DNA from: an uncultured Chthonomonadaceae bacterium
Lineage (GTDB): Bacteria; Armatimonadota; Chthonomonadetes; Chthonomonadales; Chthonomonadaceae
Length of the DNA: 64,000 nucleotides
Direction of reading: 5' to 3'
Assembly: GCA_963835065.1 (NCBI GenBank)
Contig: CAWIEK010000053.1
Coordinates: forward strand, 96,001 to 160,000
The notes under the pieces are model-generated. The model was not told the origin of the DNA and did not search any database. It saw only the letters and a list, made by a program, of their open reading frames with translations. Of this stretch, positions 41,994 to 53,709 are shown one piece after another. Position 1 is the stretch's first letter, and each line of letters starts with the position of its first letter. The translations under genes were made by a program, and so were the position numbers.

Positions 41994-43019
41994 ATGAGCC
42001 GATATTTGCGGGCGGCGCTGTTGGGCGCAGCCGCGTTTGCTATTCCTGCCGCCCTTAATCTTGTGCTGGCGCGGCAGCGACGTGACCTTGTCAGCGGTTT
42101 GTCCGGCGAGGGCTGCGAACACTACTGGCCGTTCGGCAACATCTATTATGAGGCGCGGGGCGAGGGAACGCCGGTTGTGCTGATGCACGGCATCGGGGCG
42201 GGCGAGTCGTCGTTCGAGTGGCGGCGTAATTTCGATGCGCTGGCCGAACACCATAAAGTGTATGCTTTCGATCTGCCCGGTTTCGGCAAGTCGGCGCGGC
42301 GCGATATGACCTACACGGCGGATTTGTACGTGACGGCCTTGCAGGACTTTTTGCGGGATGTCGTGGGCGAACCGGCAATGGTAGTCGCCAGCAGTCTGAG
42401 CGGCGCGTATGCCGTACAGTTAGCCGCCATGCGCCCGGAATTAATTACGCGCCTAGTGTTGAATTGCCCGACCGGATTGGAAAAACTGCGCGACCACAAT
42501 CCCCTTGCCGGACGGGCGGCGTATGGCCTGTTCAGCCTGCCCGCTATCGGCGCGTCCCTGTACAATGGCATCGCCTCGTACAATTACATTGAGAGTTACC
42601 TGCGCGAAAACGTGTATGTAGATTCCGTGCAGGTCACGCCTGCGCTTGTGGAGCATTATTACCGGTACGCGCACCAGCCCAACGCGCAATTCGTGCTGCG
42701 CTCCTTCCTGTCCGGCCTGCTCAACTGCGATATTACCGACACGTACCCGCGCCTGACGCAGCCGATACTGGTCTGTTGGGGCCGCTACGCCCGCGAAACC
42801 CCGGTGGAAAACGCGCAGCGCTTCCTCAAAGACAATCCCAACGCCCGCCTGCGCATCTTCGAGAACAGCGGCCTGCTGCCCAATGATGAGGAGTGGGAGG
42901 ATTTCAACGACGCCGTTCTCACCTTCCTGAGCGCGAAGGACCTGCCGCAATTGCTGCCCTCACCTGTGGCTGCAATCCCGTCCGGCACGTCGCAGGAACA
43001 CACATCCAAGAACGTGTAG
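41994..43019 (+). CDS. alpha/beta fold hydrolase
   Basis: VLMHGIGAG, DLPGFGKS, VVASSLSG. RBS AAGGAG. Confidence 0.88.
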   Translation: MSRYLRAALLGAAAFAIPAALNLVLARQRRDLVSGLSGEGCEHYWPFGNIYYEARGEGTPVVLMHGIGAGESSFEWRRNFDALAEHHKVYAFDLPGFGKSARRDMTYTADLYVTALQDFLRDVVGEPAMVVASSLSGAYAVQLAAMRPELITRLVLNCPTGLEKLRDHNPLAGRAAYGLFSLPAIGASLYNGIASYNYIESYLRENVYVDSVQVTPALVEHYYRYAHQPNAQFVLRSFLSGLLNCDITDTYPRLTQPILVCWGRYARETPVENAQRFLKDNPNARLRIFENSGLLPNDEEWEDFNDAVLTFLSAKDLPQLLPSPVAAIPSGTSQEHTSKNV

Positions 43020-43042
43020 GCGCTTCTTAATTGATATGGGCG

Positions 43043-44269
43043 CTAACGCCCCGCTTTTTCCAGCGCGTTCAGCACGGTTTGCGCCACGCGCTGCTGTCCC
43101 TGTAGGCTGAGATGGACCTTATCCTCGACGTACTGGCCGGCTTTTTCTCCCTGCGGAACGGCCTGAAACGCGCGGTACGTGTCGCACAAGCCCGCGTTTT
43201 TGGTTTGTGCCGCCTGCCGACACGCGATTGCCAGTTCCTCAAACGTGGTTCCATTTTCCAGCGACGGACAGGGCGTACAAACCAACACGTCGGCGCGGCC
43301 ACCCGTTGCGCGGCGTACGCGGTCAATGGCATCCTGCTGCGCGGCCTCAAAGTTCTTGCCCCGCATCCCCGCATTCCAGTCGTTGAAGCCGAATAGGATG
43401 GTGACGAGATCGGGCGCAGGCATTTTTTGGTTCCAGCGCGGCAGCACGACGAGATTGTGGCGCAACTCCGTGCCGCCCATCGCCGGGTTGACAAGCGTGA
43501 CTTCCGAGCCGTACTTGCGCTTAATTTCGGCTTTGAGCAGGAGCGGCCAGTTGTGTTCCCGGTTCGTCCAGTGGCTTGCGTCCGTCAGCGAGTCGCCCAT
43601 TGTCACTATTGTGATCGGCTTCCCGGCTTTCAGTTTGGACAACACGCGGGCAAGCGGCGCACCCGCTGGACGGTACTCGCGCATATCGGCATGGATGGTC
43701 GGCTCCAAACGAATATCGTCAATGGCATACGAGTGCGCTCCGTAATCCTTCCAGTACCACCACTTGCCGAATTGAAACGGGCCGAGTTTGGAGGGCGCGT
43801 TGCCGCTTTTCGGGTCAACGCCCGCTTCGGTTTTGCTGAGTTCGGGGATCAGGTCGCGCCAGGGCACGACGATTTTGCGCCATTCCGTACTGTCAATGGG
43901 GAAGGCGTAAGCATAGCGCGTACTGTAATCGCCGTTCCAGATGAACTCGATGCCGCCCAGATGTTCCGAGCCGTCGCCCTTGACCCAAAACGAAAACCCC
44001 GCCGCTTTGTCCCATTCCGGCTTGCCGCTCGCTTTGCCAATCAGCATGGCGTTCATGGAATCGTTGTCAAACGTAAATTTCAGCGCGTTGCCGATTTTGC
44101 CCGGAACCGCTTCCACGCGCCCTTTCTCCTTTGCGCCGACAAAATTCACCGTATCCATCGTGTCAATGACATTCATTCCGTTTTGGAAGAGGATATGTCT
44201 GGCGGAAAGCGCTGTGGCTGCCGATAATAGTAAAGCAAGCAAGCTGAAAACGAGACTGCGCTTGCGCAT
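43043..44269 (-). CDS. SGNH/GDSL hydrolase with N-terminal carbohydrate-binding-like domain, secreted
   Basis: GFSFWVKGDGS; GDSLT, FGFND, DKVH. Confidence 0.85.
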   Translation of the reverse strand: MRKRSLVFSLLALLLSAATALSARHILFQNGMNVIDTMDTVNFVGAKEKGRVEAVPGKIGNALKFTFDNDSMNAMLIGKASGKPEWDKAAGFSFWVKGDGSEHLGGIEFIWNGDYSTRYAYAFPIDSTEWRKIVVPWRDLIPELSKTEAGVDPKSGNAPSKLGPFQFGKWWYWKDYGAHSYAIDDIRLEPTIHADMREYRPAGAPLARVLSKLKAGKPITIVTMGDSLTDASHWTNREHNWPLLLKAEIKRKYGSEVTLVNPAMGGTELRHNLVVLPRWNQKMPAPDLVTILFGFNDWNAGMRGKNFEAAQQDAIDRVRRATGGRADVLVCTPCPSLENGTTFEELAIACRQAAQTKNAGLCDTYRAFQAVPQGEKAGQYVEDKVHLSLQGQQRVAQTVLNALEKAGR

Positions 44270-44319
44270 AGATGTAGTTCCTCTCTTCCGGGAAATGAAA
44301 ATCCCGTCTCGACAAAAGC

Positions 44320-44479
44320 TGCCGGGGATTGAAAATCCCCGTCTTGACAAAACGAGCGTCCTACGGACGCAATGCTATATTTGGATTGTGCGTCCGTAGG
44401 ACGCTTGTACTTTCCTGCCGGGTGTTTTCAACACCCGGCACGTTCTGAACTTTCCTGCCGGGGATTTTCAATCCTCGGC
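44320..44479. repeat. cluster of REP-like palindromes
   Basis: Three GCCGGG..TT.AA..CCCGG-type hairpins plus inverted GCGTCCTACGGACGC/GCGTCCGTAGGACGC. Confidence 0.8.
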
Positions 44480-45031
44480 GCGTTTAGCAACGTATTTTTT
44501 CAAGCCTACCAGCAGTGGCGACTCCGTTTTCATCTGTCGGCTTTTGCGCGCGGCTTCCCGCAGGCGGTGCAGGCTCATCATGTGGCGGTTCATGTGCAGG
44601 TGCAAGGCGAAAGGCGCTTTCCACATCGAAGACGAGATCGCCATGCCCAACCCGCGCATCATGCCGATGACTTCCAGGCTGCGGCTCAACGTAAGAATGT
44701 GCCTGTGCCGCTGTTCGGCCCGCTCCCATGCGGCGGTATAGAGTTTACGCCCCCATCCCTGACCCCGAAATTCGGGCAAAACATACAGCACGGCAATGTC
44801 CGTCCAGCCGAAACGCAGGTCTTTACTGATACACGCGCCTGCCATTTCGCCGTTTTCTTCTGCAATCCAGACGTCGGTAAAACGGGTCAGTTCCGGGACG
44901 GTGTAGCCCAGAATGTTCGGCGTGGTTTTCAATTCCTCGTGCATCCGCGCCGCTTCTACAGCCGTCAGTTGACGATAAACCAACATACCTGCCGTTGTTT
45001 CTGCATATTCAAATTTGGGCTTTGTTGCCAT
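44468..45031 (-). CDS. GNAT-family N-acetyltransferase
   Basis: LYVLPEFRGQGWGRKL acetyl-CoA-binding motif. Confidence 0.85.
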   Translation of the reverse strand: MATKPKFEYAETTAGMLVYRQLTAVEAARMHEELKTTPNILGYTVPELTRFTDVWIAEENGEMAGACISKDLRFGWTDIAVLYVLPEFRGQGWGRKLYTAAWERAEQRHRHILTLSRSLEVIGMMRGLGMAISSSMWKAPFALHLHMNRHMMSLHRLREAARKSRQMKTESPLLVGLKKYVAKRAED

Positions 45032-45287
45032 ACGACCTATTCTCTCTTTGCTGCAGGCTTACCGGTTTCATCATAGCGCAACGTGGGAAATAACAACCGC
45101 GTTCGCGCCAGGTCAGAGGAAATCTTATGACGAAAGCGGTATACGCTCTAACGAGCAGGCAAAAGGACTCTCGCATACTCGTCACGAATTTACGGTAAGA
45201 TTGCGTGTCCTGTCCTTACGAATGGGCATCCTCTGAAAATCCTGATAGGATTCTGACATATCCGAACCGTTCCAGACCTTTTCCATT

Positions 45288-47970
45288 ATGACTGCATACG
45301 AGACAATCGAACAAACGCCGGCCTCGCGCCCTGATGCCGCCGCAAACTTCGCCCAAACCTTTGCTCCCTCGGACTTATCGGCTCGCCCTGTTCGCGCGCC
45401 GGATTACAAGGCGGAAAGTGAAGCGCTTGCGTCCCTGGCCCGCGAACTGGTTACGGCTCCGACGCAGGTTCTGCAGAAACTGTGCGAACTGGCGCTTGAA
45501 CTCTGCGGCGCTCAAGCGGCGGGTATCCGCCTTGAGGAAGAGGAGACGGAAACCGGTGTTTTACATTGGCGCGCGCTGGCGGGCGAGATGGATTCCTGCT
45601 TGCAGGCGATTACGCCCGACGATTTAGCGTCGTATGGCGTCACCGACGATTGCCGCGCGCCCCGGCTTTTCTCCCGGCCCGAAGCGCCTGTCCCGTATGT
45701 CCAGGCCATTTCGCCGCTGATTTCTGAATTCCTGCTTATTCCCTTTTGCCCGGACGACAAACCCGTTGGAACGCTGTGGGTGGTCGGCAGTTGGAATGAC
45801 CGCCGGTTTGACTCGGAAGATGCGCGTCTGCTTACAAACCTCAGCCAATTTGCAGGCGCCGCGTACAAGGTTTTGGGCATACAAGCAGATGTGCAGGCGA
45901 TCAACACCCGGCTTGCCGCAGAAGCCGCGTTGCATAAAGCGGTGGAAGAGGAGCGACGCGCAAGTGAGGCGGAACAGGCGCTGAAAGCAAGCGAACTCAA
46001 GTTCCGCTCCCTGTTTGAAAATGCGCGAGAAGCCATCGGCATCGCCACCAAAGGCCGCGTTGTCTTTGTGAATCCGGCGTATGCCCGGCTGCTGGGGTAT
46101 GCGTCTCCTGATGAAATGATCGGACTTTCGGCACTGGAAACGGTTGCTCCCAAAGATCAGCCTCGCCTGATTGAAATGGCGCACAAGCGCAACGCGGGCG
46201 AAGACGCGCCTTTCACGTATGAGTACCGGGGCCGCAAGAAAGACGGCACGGAGTGTGACCTGGAAAACTATGTTTCCAGTTATGAACAGAACGGGCAAAT
46301 TTATACGGTCGTCACCACCCGCGACATCACCGCGCGCAAGCAGGACGAGATCGCCCGCCAGTTTCTTACTGAAGCCTCAGCGGTGCTGGCCTCGTCCCTT
46401 GACTACGAGCAGACCTTACAACAGGTGGCCGATCTTGCCGTGCCCCACATTGCCGATTGGTGCGGGGTGGATATACGCGAAGAGGACGGCTCCATCAGCC
46501 AGCTTGCCGTCGCGCATGTCAATCCTGAAAAGGTAAGGTGGGGCCATGAACTCAGAAAGCGCTATCCGCCCAATCCGAATGATCCGCGCGGGCTGCCGGG
46601 CGTACTGCGCAGCGGACAGGCCGAGATTTATTCTCACATTCCCGACGAACTTCTTGTTGCGAGCGCGCGCGACCCGGAGCATCTGGAACTGATGCGGCAG
46701 ATCGGGCTGGAACTCGCTGATGATTGTTCCCATTGTGGCGCGGGAACGCATCTTAGGAGCCATTACCTTTGTAGCTACGGACGAGTCGGGGCATCACTAT
46801 ACCGAAGCCGACCTTGAACTTGCGCAGGGACTTGCGTCCCGCGCCGCGCTTGCCATTGACAATGCCCGCCTGTATCGCGCGGCGCAGGACGAACTGACCG
46901 AGCGGCGGCGCGTACAGGCCGCGCTGCTTGCCAGCGAGGAGCGGTTCCGATTCGCCCTCGCCAATTCCAGCATCATCGTTTATACGCAGGACCTCGACCT
47001 CCGCTATACGTGGGTTTATTATGGAGCGCTGAGTGGGGAAGACAGCAATGTGTACGGCAAAACCGACGCCGATCTTCTGCCCGCCGAAGACGCCCTTCCG
47101 CTGATGGAAATCAAGCGCCGGGTGCTGCAAACGGGTATCGAAGAGCGTCATACTGTTCGCGCCACGCTGCCTGGACAGGAACCGCTTTATCTGGAAACGA
47201 GTTTTGCGCCCCTGCGGGATGCGGCAGGAAATCTTATCGGCATTACAGGAACCGCCAATGATATTACGGAGCGGAAAAAGGCGCAGGATATTCTGGCGCA
47301 GCATCAGGCGGAAATCGAAGCCCTCAACGCGCGCCTGCGGCGCTCCATGCGCGAAACCCATCACCGGGTGAAGAACAATCTGCAAGTCATCACGGCGCTG
47401 ATAAACATGCAGCAGATGCAGTATGAGGAGCAGGTTCCCACGTCGGAACTGCAGCGGCTGACGCAGCACATCCGGGCGCTGGCTTCCATTCACGACCTGC
47501 TGACGCATCAAGCGCAGACCAATGCCGAAGTGACGGACATTTCAGTTGAGGACGTGATGGACAAACTGATGCCGGCGGTGCAGAGTATGGCTGTGGGGCG
47601 CAGCATTACCTTTGCCATAGAGGATATGCGCCTGCCCGTCCGCCAGAGTACGACGTTTGCCGTTTTAGTCAACGAAATGGTTTCCAATGCGCTCAAGCAC
47701 GGAGCCGGGGCGATTCACGTCGGCTTTCGGGTCGAGGGCGATACAGCCCTGCTGGAAGTGCTGGACGAGGGGCCGGGGTTCCCGCCGGACTTCAACCCGG
47801 AGCGCGCCGCCAATACCGGCCTTGATTTGATCGGCTCCCTGTCCCGGATGGATATGCGCGGCAGCGCGCGGTATGAGAACCGCGCAGAAGGCGGGGCGCG
47901 CGTGGTGGTCGAATTTCCCGTGCCGTCGCTCCTGAAAACGCCGGGAGAACAGTACGGCGAATCCTCTTGA
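45288..47970 (+). CDS. cytoplasmic sensor histidine kinase GAF-PAS-GAF-PAS-HisKA_2/HATPase; frameshift near 46710
   Basis: SSLDYEQTL..VADLAVP.IADWC; PAS motifs RDITARK and DITERK; ETHHRVKNNLQ, NEMVSNALKHG, DEGPG. Confidence 0.9.
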
Positions 47971-48025
47971 GCAAAACCCCCCGTGGAAAGGATAAAAAGA
48001 CAAGGATGAAGGATGAAGGATGAAG

Positions 48026-48350
48026 AAAGCGTTGGGCAAACGGGTAGGTAGAAAAAAGGATATGTAGAGGCAGCGTCGAAATCTTGGCAATGCAGCGCTT
48101 CCAGCCCGCTGTCTCGTTGTGTCTGGTTGTAGGAGAGAGGCGTCGTGGCCTCCAAAGCGTCAGGGCGAACGGGAGGAGTGGGACATGGGCCTGTACCTCC
48201 TTTCCTGAGTAAGTAGTTGATAGTTGATAGTTGATAGTTGATAGGAACTCGAACTTTCAGCCTTCGTCTCTATGTAGACGGTATTCTAGTGTTTAGACGG
48301 CTGTGGAGGGCGAAGGGTTCACCTTTTTTCGCGTTGTTTGATTCTTTTTT
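48026..48350 (-). ncRNA. duplicated unit, copy 2: ECF-type promoter, SD, 8-codon ORF (48160-48186, MSHSSRSP) and structured RNA
   Basis: GAACC (48316-20)-16 bp-CGTCTA (48294-99); AGGAAAGGAGGT; an extra (CTATCAA)n tract in the leader. Confidence 0.6.
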
Positions 48351-48553
48351 CAATCTTTTTTAGAATAGTTTTTGCGGGAGGGTTGCTGTTGGCGTCGTGT
48401 GTGGGAATGGGGAGGGGTTCGCTTGCTGCGGGTGCGTACATCTATCACTTGTTGGCGGGCGCAACACTCAATGAGGGCACAACATGTTGTGCCCCACGTT
48501 CGGGAAGTTAAAATTCACAGATTCTAAAGTGAAATTTTGAAAGAAAGAAACTT

Positions 48554-49021
48554 ATGCCCATAACTGTAACGCAACTGGCGGCTTCCCGGACCCGGATGGC
48601 CGTCAACGATCTGCTGGCTGCCGCGCGTTCCACGCAGCCGGACAAAATTACGTGGGTTCCCATGGGCGAGGGGCGCACCGTTCTGGATCAACTCACGGAA
48701 TGTGTACTGGCAAACACAAAATGGCGCGACATTCTGCAAACGCGCCACTATGCTAATGTGTCGCCCGAAGTTCGGGAGCGCATCCACGCGCAATGTGACA
48801 CGCTGGACAATACGCTTGCCGCTCTGGAGCAATCGGGAGCCGCGCTGATGGAAGCGATTGCCGCTGTTCCCGACGCGGAAACGGGGGAGGAGATCGAAAC
48901 GCCCTGGGAAGCCTATACGCTGGCCGATTGCTGCCTGCACGCCTATTGGAACATGGTCTACCACGAAGGCCAAATCAACTATATACAAACCCTCTACGGC
49001 GACACGGAAGATCATTACTGA
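48554..49021 (+). CDS. DinB-family protein
   Basis: W.P...GRT..DQL.E; C-terminal YHEGQINYIQ. Confidence 0.8.
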   Translation: MPITVTQLAASRTRMAVNDLLAAARSTQPDKITWVPMGEGRTVLDQLTECVLANTKWRDILQTRHYANVSPEVRERIHAQCDTLDNTLAALEQSGAALMEAIAAVPDAETGEEIETPWEAYTLADCCLHAYWNMVYHEGQINYIQTLYGDTEDHY

Positions 49022-49253
49022 TATGTGGCCTTCTCATAAGTGGCAGCAATACAAGTTGCCGCTCGGTATTGTGAGTGGGCGACGGGTTTTTTATGCTCTT
49101 TTGAGGTACAACAAAGAACTTTTCCGATCCACAGGCTGTCAAGTCAGGAACAAGCAGGTTCCCATCCTGAACACGAACCCGAACACCTGAAACCTGAACT
49201 ACCCTAAAACCATAGAACCCTAAAACCCTAGAACCCGACCAAAGGAGTGCCGT

Positions 49254-50789
49254 ATGGCCGCAGACAATATGGAGCAGATCGTTTCCCTGTGCAAGCGCCG
49301 GGGATTTATCTTTGCCGGCAGTGAGATTTACGGCGGCTTGCAGGGCACGTTCGACTACGGGCCGCTGGGAGTGGAACTCAAAAACAACCTCAAGCGCCTG
49401 TGGTGGCGGCACAACGTGTATGAGCGCGACGACATGGAAGGCATCGAAACCGCCATTCTGATGAACAAATACGTGTGGCGCTATTCCGGGCACGAAGTGA
49501 CGTTTACCGATCCGCTGGTGGACAACAAAACCACGAAAAAGCGCTATCGCTTCGACCATTTATTGCGCGACCAGAAGCCGGAAGTGCTGGCGGCATTGGC
49601 GCAGGCGATTGGCATAGAGCCGACGGACGATGCCGAGGATTTGGTGACGCCGTTGCTGGCCGATCCCGCCCGCGCACAGGCCGCGATGATTGCCGCCAAA
49701 GTGATTGACCCGCTGGACAACAAGCCGGGGGAGTGGACGGAACCCCGCGCCTTTAATCTGATGTTCAAAACGCAGGTCGGGCCGGTTGCGGATGAGGAGA
49801 GTTTTGCCTATTTGCGTCCCGAAACCGCGCAGGGCATGTTCGTCAACTTCAAGAACGTGCTGGATTCCACGAACCGCAAACTGCCGTTCGGGATCGCGCA
49901 AATCGGCAAATCGTTCCGTAATGAGATCACGCCGCGCAACTTTATTTTCCGCGTCCGCGAACTGGAACAGATGGAAATCGAGTATTTCGTGCAGCCAAAC
50001 GACGCGCCAACCGTACATGATGAGTGGATCGAAGATCATGTCAACTGGTGGGTCAACGTGATCGGCTTGAAGCGCGAAAACCTGAAACTGCTGGAGCATC
50101 CCAAAGAAAAGTTGTCGCACTATTCCGCTCGCACGGTGGACATTCTGTACAACTTCCCCTCGCTCGGCTTCGACGAACTGGAAGGCATCGCCAACCGCAC
50201 GGATTGGGATCTGGTGTCCCATTCGCGGGATCAGGCCAATCTGGGCGCGTCCGAAAACACGACGAAGCGGGTGATGAAGAACGAACATTCGACGGAAAAA
50301 CTGACGTACTTCGACCAGCCCAACAACAAGCACATCATTCCTTACGTGGTGGAACCGGCGGCAGGCGTGGACAGGGGCTGTCTTGCCGCGCTGTGCGAAG
50401 CGTATGCCGAAGAAACGCTTGAAAACGGCGAAACGCGAACCGTGCTGCGCCTGCCGCCCGCGCTCGCGCCGATCAAAGTAGCGGTTCTGCCCCTCAAAAA
50501 GAACGAGCCGGAAATCGTCGCAACGGCGAAGCGCATCAAGAACAGCCTGCAGGCAACCGGGGAAATGCGCGCGGTTTACGATGATTCGGCGGGCATCGGC
50601 AAACTGTACCGCCGTCAGGACGAGGTGGGAACGCCGTTCTGCGTCACCGTTGATTTCGACACCATCGGCAGGGGCAAGGACGGCGACACGTCCCTCAAAG
50701 ATACCGTTACCCTGCGAGACCGTGACACAATGGAGCAGATTCGCATCCCCATTGCCGAACTGTTCGCCTACGTGCGCCGGCGCATTTAG
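49254..50789 (+). CDS. glyQS: glycine--tRNA ligase (homodimeric type)
   Basis: [59 protein letters not shown]. Confidence 0.96.
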   Translation: MAADNMEQIVSLCKRRGFIFAGSEIYGGLQGTFDYGPLGVELKNNLKRLWWRHNVYERDDMEGIETAILMNKYVWRYSGHEVTFTDPLVDNKTTKKRYRFDHLLRDQKPEVLAALAQAIGIEPTDDAEDLVTPLLADPARAQAAMIAAKVIDPLDNKPGEWTEPRAFNLMFKTQVGPVADEESFAYLRPETAQGMFVNFKNVLDSTNRKLPFGIAQIGKSFRNEITPRNFIFRVRELEQMEIEYFVQPNDAPTVHDEWIEDHVNWWVNVIGLKRENLKLLEHPKEKLSHYSARTVDILYNFPSLGFDELEGIANRTDWDLVSHSRDQANLGASENTTKRVMKNEHSTEKLTYFDQPNNKHIIPYVVEPAAGVDRGCLAALCEAYAEETLENGETRTVLRLPPALAPIKVAVLPLKKNEPEIVATAKRIKNSLQATGEMRAVYDDSAGIGKLYRRQDEVGTPFCVTVDFDTIGRGKDGDTSLKDTVTLRDRDTMEQIRIPIAELFAYVRRRI

Positions 50790-50790
50790 C

Positions 50791-50865
50791 TACCTCACCC
50801 GGCGTCCATTTAGTCTGCTTATGTTTATTAGTGAGGGTGTCCCTAAATGGACGCCGGGTGAGGTA
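50791..50865. repeat. perfect 23-bp inverted repeat between convergent genes
   Basis: TACCTCACCCGGCGTCCATTTAG/CTAAATGGACGCCGGGTGAGGTA; a related half-copy lies at about 22126-22159. Confidence 0.85.
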
Positions 50866-50870
50866 AAAAC

Positions 50871-53461
50871 CTAATCCAGGTACAGGAACTCGTTGGTATT
50901 GAGGAGGACGTGGCACAGGTCGGCAAGCGCGGCCTGTTGCGCGGGTTTGAGGGCCTTGGGCTGTTTATTCGGCGCATCATTTAGATGCAGGCGCGTTTGT
51001 TTCGCAATAAATTCCTGCGCGAGCGCCTGTTGCGCGGTTGTAGGCTGGCGGAGCAAAGCAATTTCATACGCCCGCTGAATCTGCTTGGTCACGTCGTCAC
51101 CGGCTTCTTTTGCAACCCGAACCGCGAAGAAACGCGCTTCGCCCCGGCTGAATTCGCCGTTGAACAATGCCAACGCCTGGGGCGCAATCGTAGTCGTTGC
51201 GCGGCGCGGGCACGTATTTACCATGTCCGGCCCGTCGAACGCTTCCACAATCGGCAGCGCGAGCGAACGCCTCTGGAACACGTACACCGTCCGCCGCCGC
51301 CCGTCCTCGTCCGAAGAATTGCCCCACTTGTGCGTGGAACCCGTTGACAGCACCTCGTCACTGACATGCGGAAACACGCCGGGTCCGCCGCCTGCCGGGT
51401 TCAGCCGCCCGCTCACCGTCAAAATACTGTCCCGCAGCGCTTCGCCTTCCAGCCGTACCCGGTTCATGCGCCAGAACAGTTTATTGGCTGAGTCGAGTTT
51501 CTGCCCCTGCGCATTGGTCTGCGTGGACTGCTGATACGCATTGGACAGCAACATCAGGCGGTGCATCTTCTTCAAGGAAAACGATGAGCGATGAGTGATG
51601 AGTGATGAATGAACTGCATTTTGTTCATCATTCATCCTTCCGCCTTCATCCTTTGCCACGAAGTAGCCCGCCAGCCAATCCAGCAGTTCGGGGTGCGTGG
51701 GCTTGTCGCCGTTTTTGCCGAAGTCGGAGGGCGTACCAACGATGCCCCGGCCAAAATGGTGCTGCCACAGGCGGTTGACCATCACGCGGGCGGTCATGGG
51801 GTTGTTCTTGTCGGCGATCCAGTTGGCGAGGGCGGAGCGTCGGCCTGTCGTGTTGCGCTTGTCGGGGAGTGTGATGGCGGCAGGCTTTTCTGCACTGCCG
51901 GTCAGGGACGCGACAAAGCCGGGCTGCACTTCGGGGCCGGGCGTGAGCAGATTTCCCCGCAGCAGTAGGTGGGTCGGCTTGGCATTGCGCCCCGCGTCCG
52001 TAATCGCGTCGGCAATCGGTTCCAGTGGTTCCGATTCATGCTGCCAGCGCTCTTCTTCGCGCCGCAAATCTTCCCATTCGCGCTCGTTGGCCTTGCGGAT
52101 GCTGTTTTCAATCTCGTCGTTGGAAACGTCTAATTTCGCGCCGGGCGCGGCTTTCTGCTGTTTTGCCGCCAGCAGCAACGCCCGATGCGTGGCCCGCAGT
52201 TCCTCCATCTTTTTGCGGATGGATTGAAGATGGGTTTGCGCGTCGCTGAATTTGGAGGCAAACCCGGCGGGGTCTGTGGTAACGTTCAGCAGGCGCGTAC
52301 TCACCCGCTGCACGGGCGTAAAGAACGCCTGCATCCGGTAGTAATCGGCCTGCGTGATGGGATCGTACTTGTGGTTGTGGCAGCGCGCGCAGCCGACCGT
52401 CAGGCCGAGCATGGCCGAGCCGGTGGTGTCCGTCGCGTCGTTGAGAAAATCCTGCCAGCGCTGCGGCGGGTCGGTACTGAGCGTGTCCCAGGGAGACAGG
52501 CGGATATAGCCCGTTGCCGTAATCGCGTCCGGGTCGTCTGGGGTACAGTTCGTCGCCCGCAATCTGCTCTTTCAAAAAGCGGTCATACGGCTTGTCCTGA
52601 TTGAACGCGCGAATCACGTAATCGCGGAAACGCCACGCCCGGGGCCGTTCGCCATCGCTTTCAAACCCTTCCGAGTCGGCGTAGCGGACGAGATCGAGCC
52701 AGTGACGCCCCCACCGTTCGCCATACCGGGTATCGGCCAGCAGCTTGTCCACAAGGTTTTCATAGGCTTTGGGCGACGGATCGTTGAGAAACGCGCTTGC
52801 TTCCGTGCGGCGTGGGCGGCATGCCAACCAAATCCGCGTACACGCGCCGCAGCAGCGCGATTTTGGAAGCGGGCGGGGAGGGTTTCAAGCCTCTGGCTTC
52901 CAGTTTCGCCAGAATAAAAGCGTCAATCGGGTTCTTCACCCAGGCGGTATTTTTCACTTTGGGCACGGCGGGCATGGCAACGGGCGTGTACGGCCAGCCC
53001 AACTTCACTTCGTCTATTTTCGCGCCCTGATTGATCCACGTTTCGATAAGTTTGATTTGCGCGTCGGGAACGGCCTCGTGGTTCAGGGGCATGCGCGGCT
53101 GCTTTTGCCCGCGAATGTAGGCTACGAGGGCGCTGGACGCGGCGTTGCCGGGCACAATCACCTTTGCGCCCCATTTGCTGCCGCCCTTGAACAGCGCGTC
53201 GCGCGTTTCCAGATTGAGGCCACTGGCAGGCGAACCGGGATTATGGCACTCGGTGCAATGCGCTTTCAGGTAAGGTTCCACCGCTTCCCGGAAACTGACG
53301 AGCGCAAGGGGCGGAGGCTTGCCGATGGACTTGCCCGACGCGGCAGCAATCGGTTTCCCCTGCGGCTTGGAAGCCGGCGAGGCAGGATCAGCCGCAAGCG
53401 CCGTCAGCGCGAAAACGGGAAGCAGGACACCGGAAGCGATCAAAATCAGGGAAACGCGCAT
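50871..53461 (-). CDS. planctomycete cytochrome c plus DUF1549/DUF1553 protein; frameshifts near 52805 and 52545
   Basis: [72 protein letters not shown]. Confidence 0.9.
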
Positions 53462-53709
53462 AAAACAGTAACCTCGCCAAAAATAACAAACCCACGCCAC
53501 TTTATTGTACGATATTGTACGGCGCATTGGCAGATTAGACAAGCAAAGGAGGGCAAAGTTGCGTCTTTGCCTGCGCGTATTTTGCCGCGCGCAGGGAATG
53601 AGCTGCTTAATCATTGAGCAGATTGGGCAGGAGAAACGCGACACGACAGCGAAACACCTCAACAACGAATTATTTTCTGCTATGTTTTCCGTGTGAAGGA
53701 GAGAACCGC

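Noticed and set aside
903..53461. More than a dozen frameshifted genes as mass pseudogenisation or programmed frameshifting
   Set aside because: They are isolated single-base indels in otherwise well-conserved genes with no shared slippery motif. Long-read consensus error is the simplest explanation, and reads are needed to say more.
50871..53461. DUF1549/DUF1553 gene lacking the usual adjacent DUF1501 partner
   Set aside because: The partner may simply lie elsewhere in the genome, which cannot be judged from this window.
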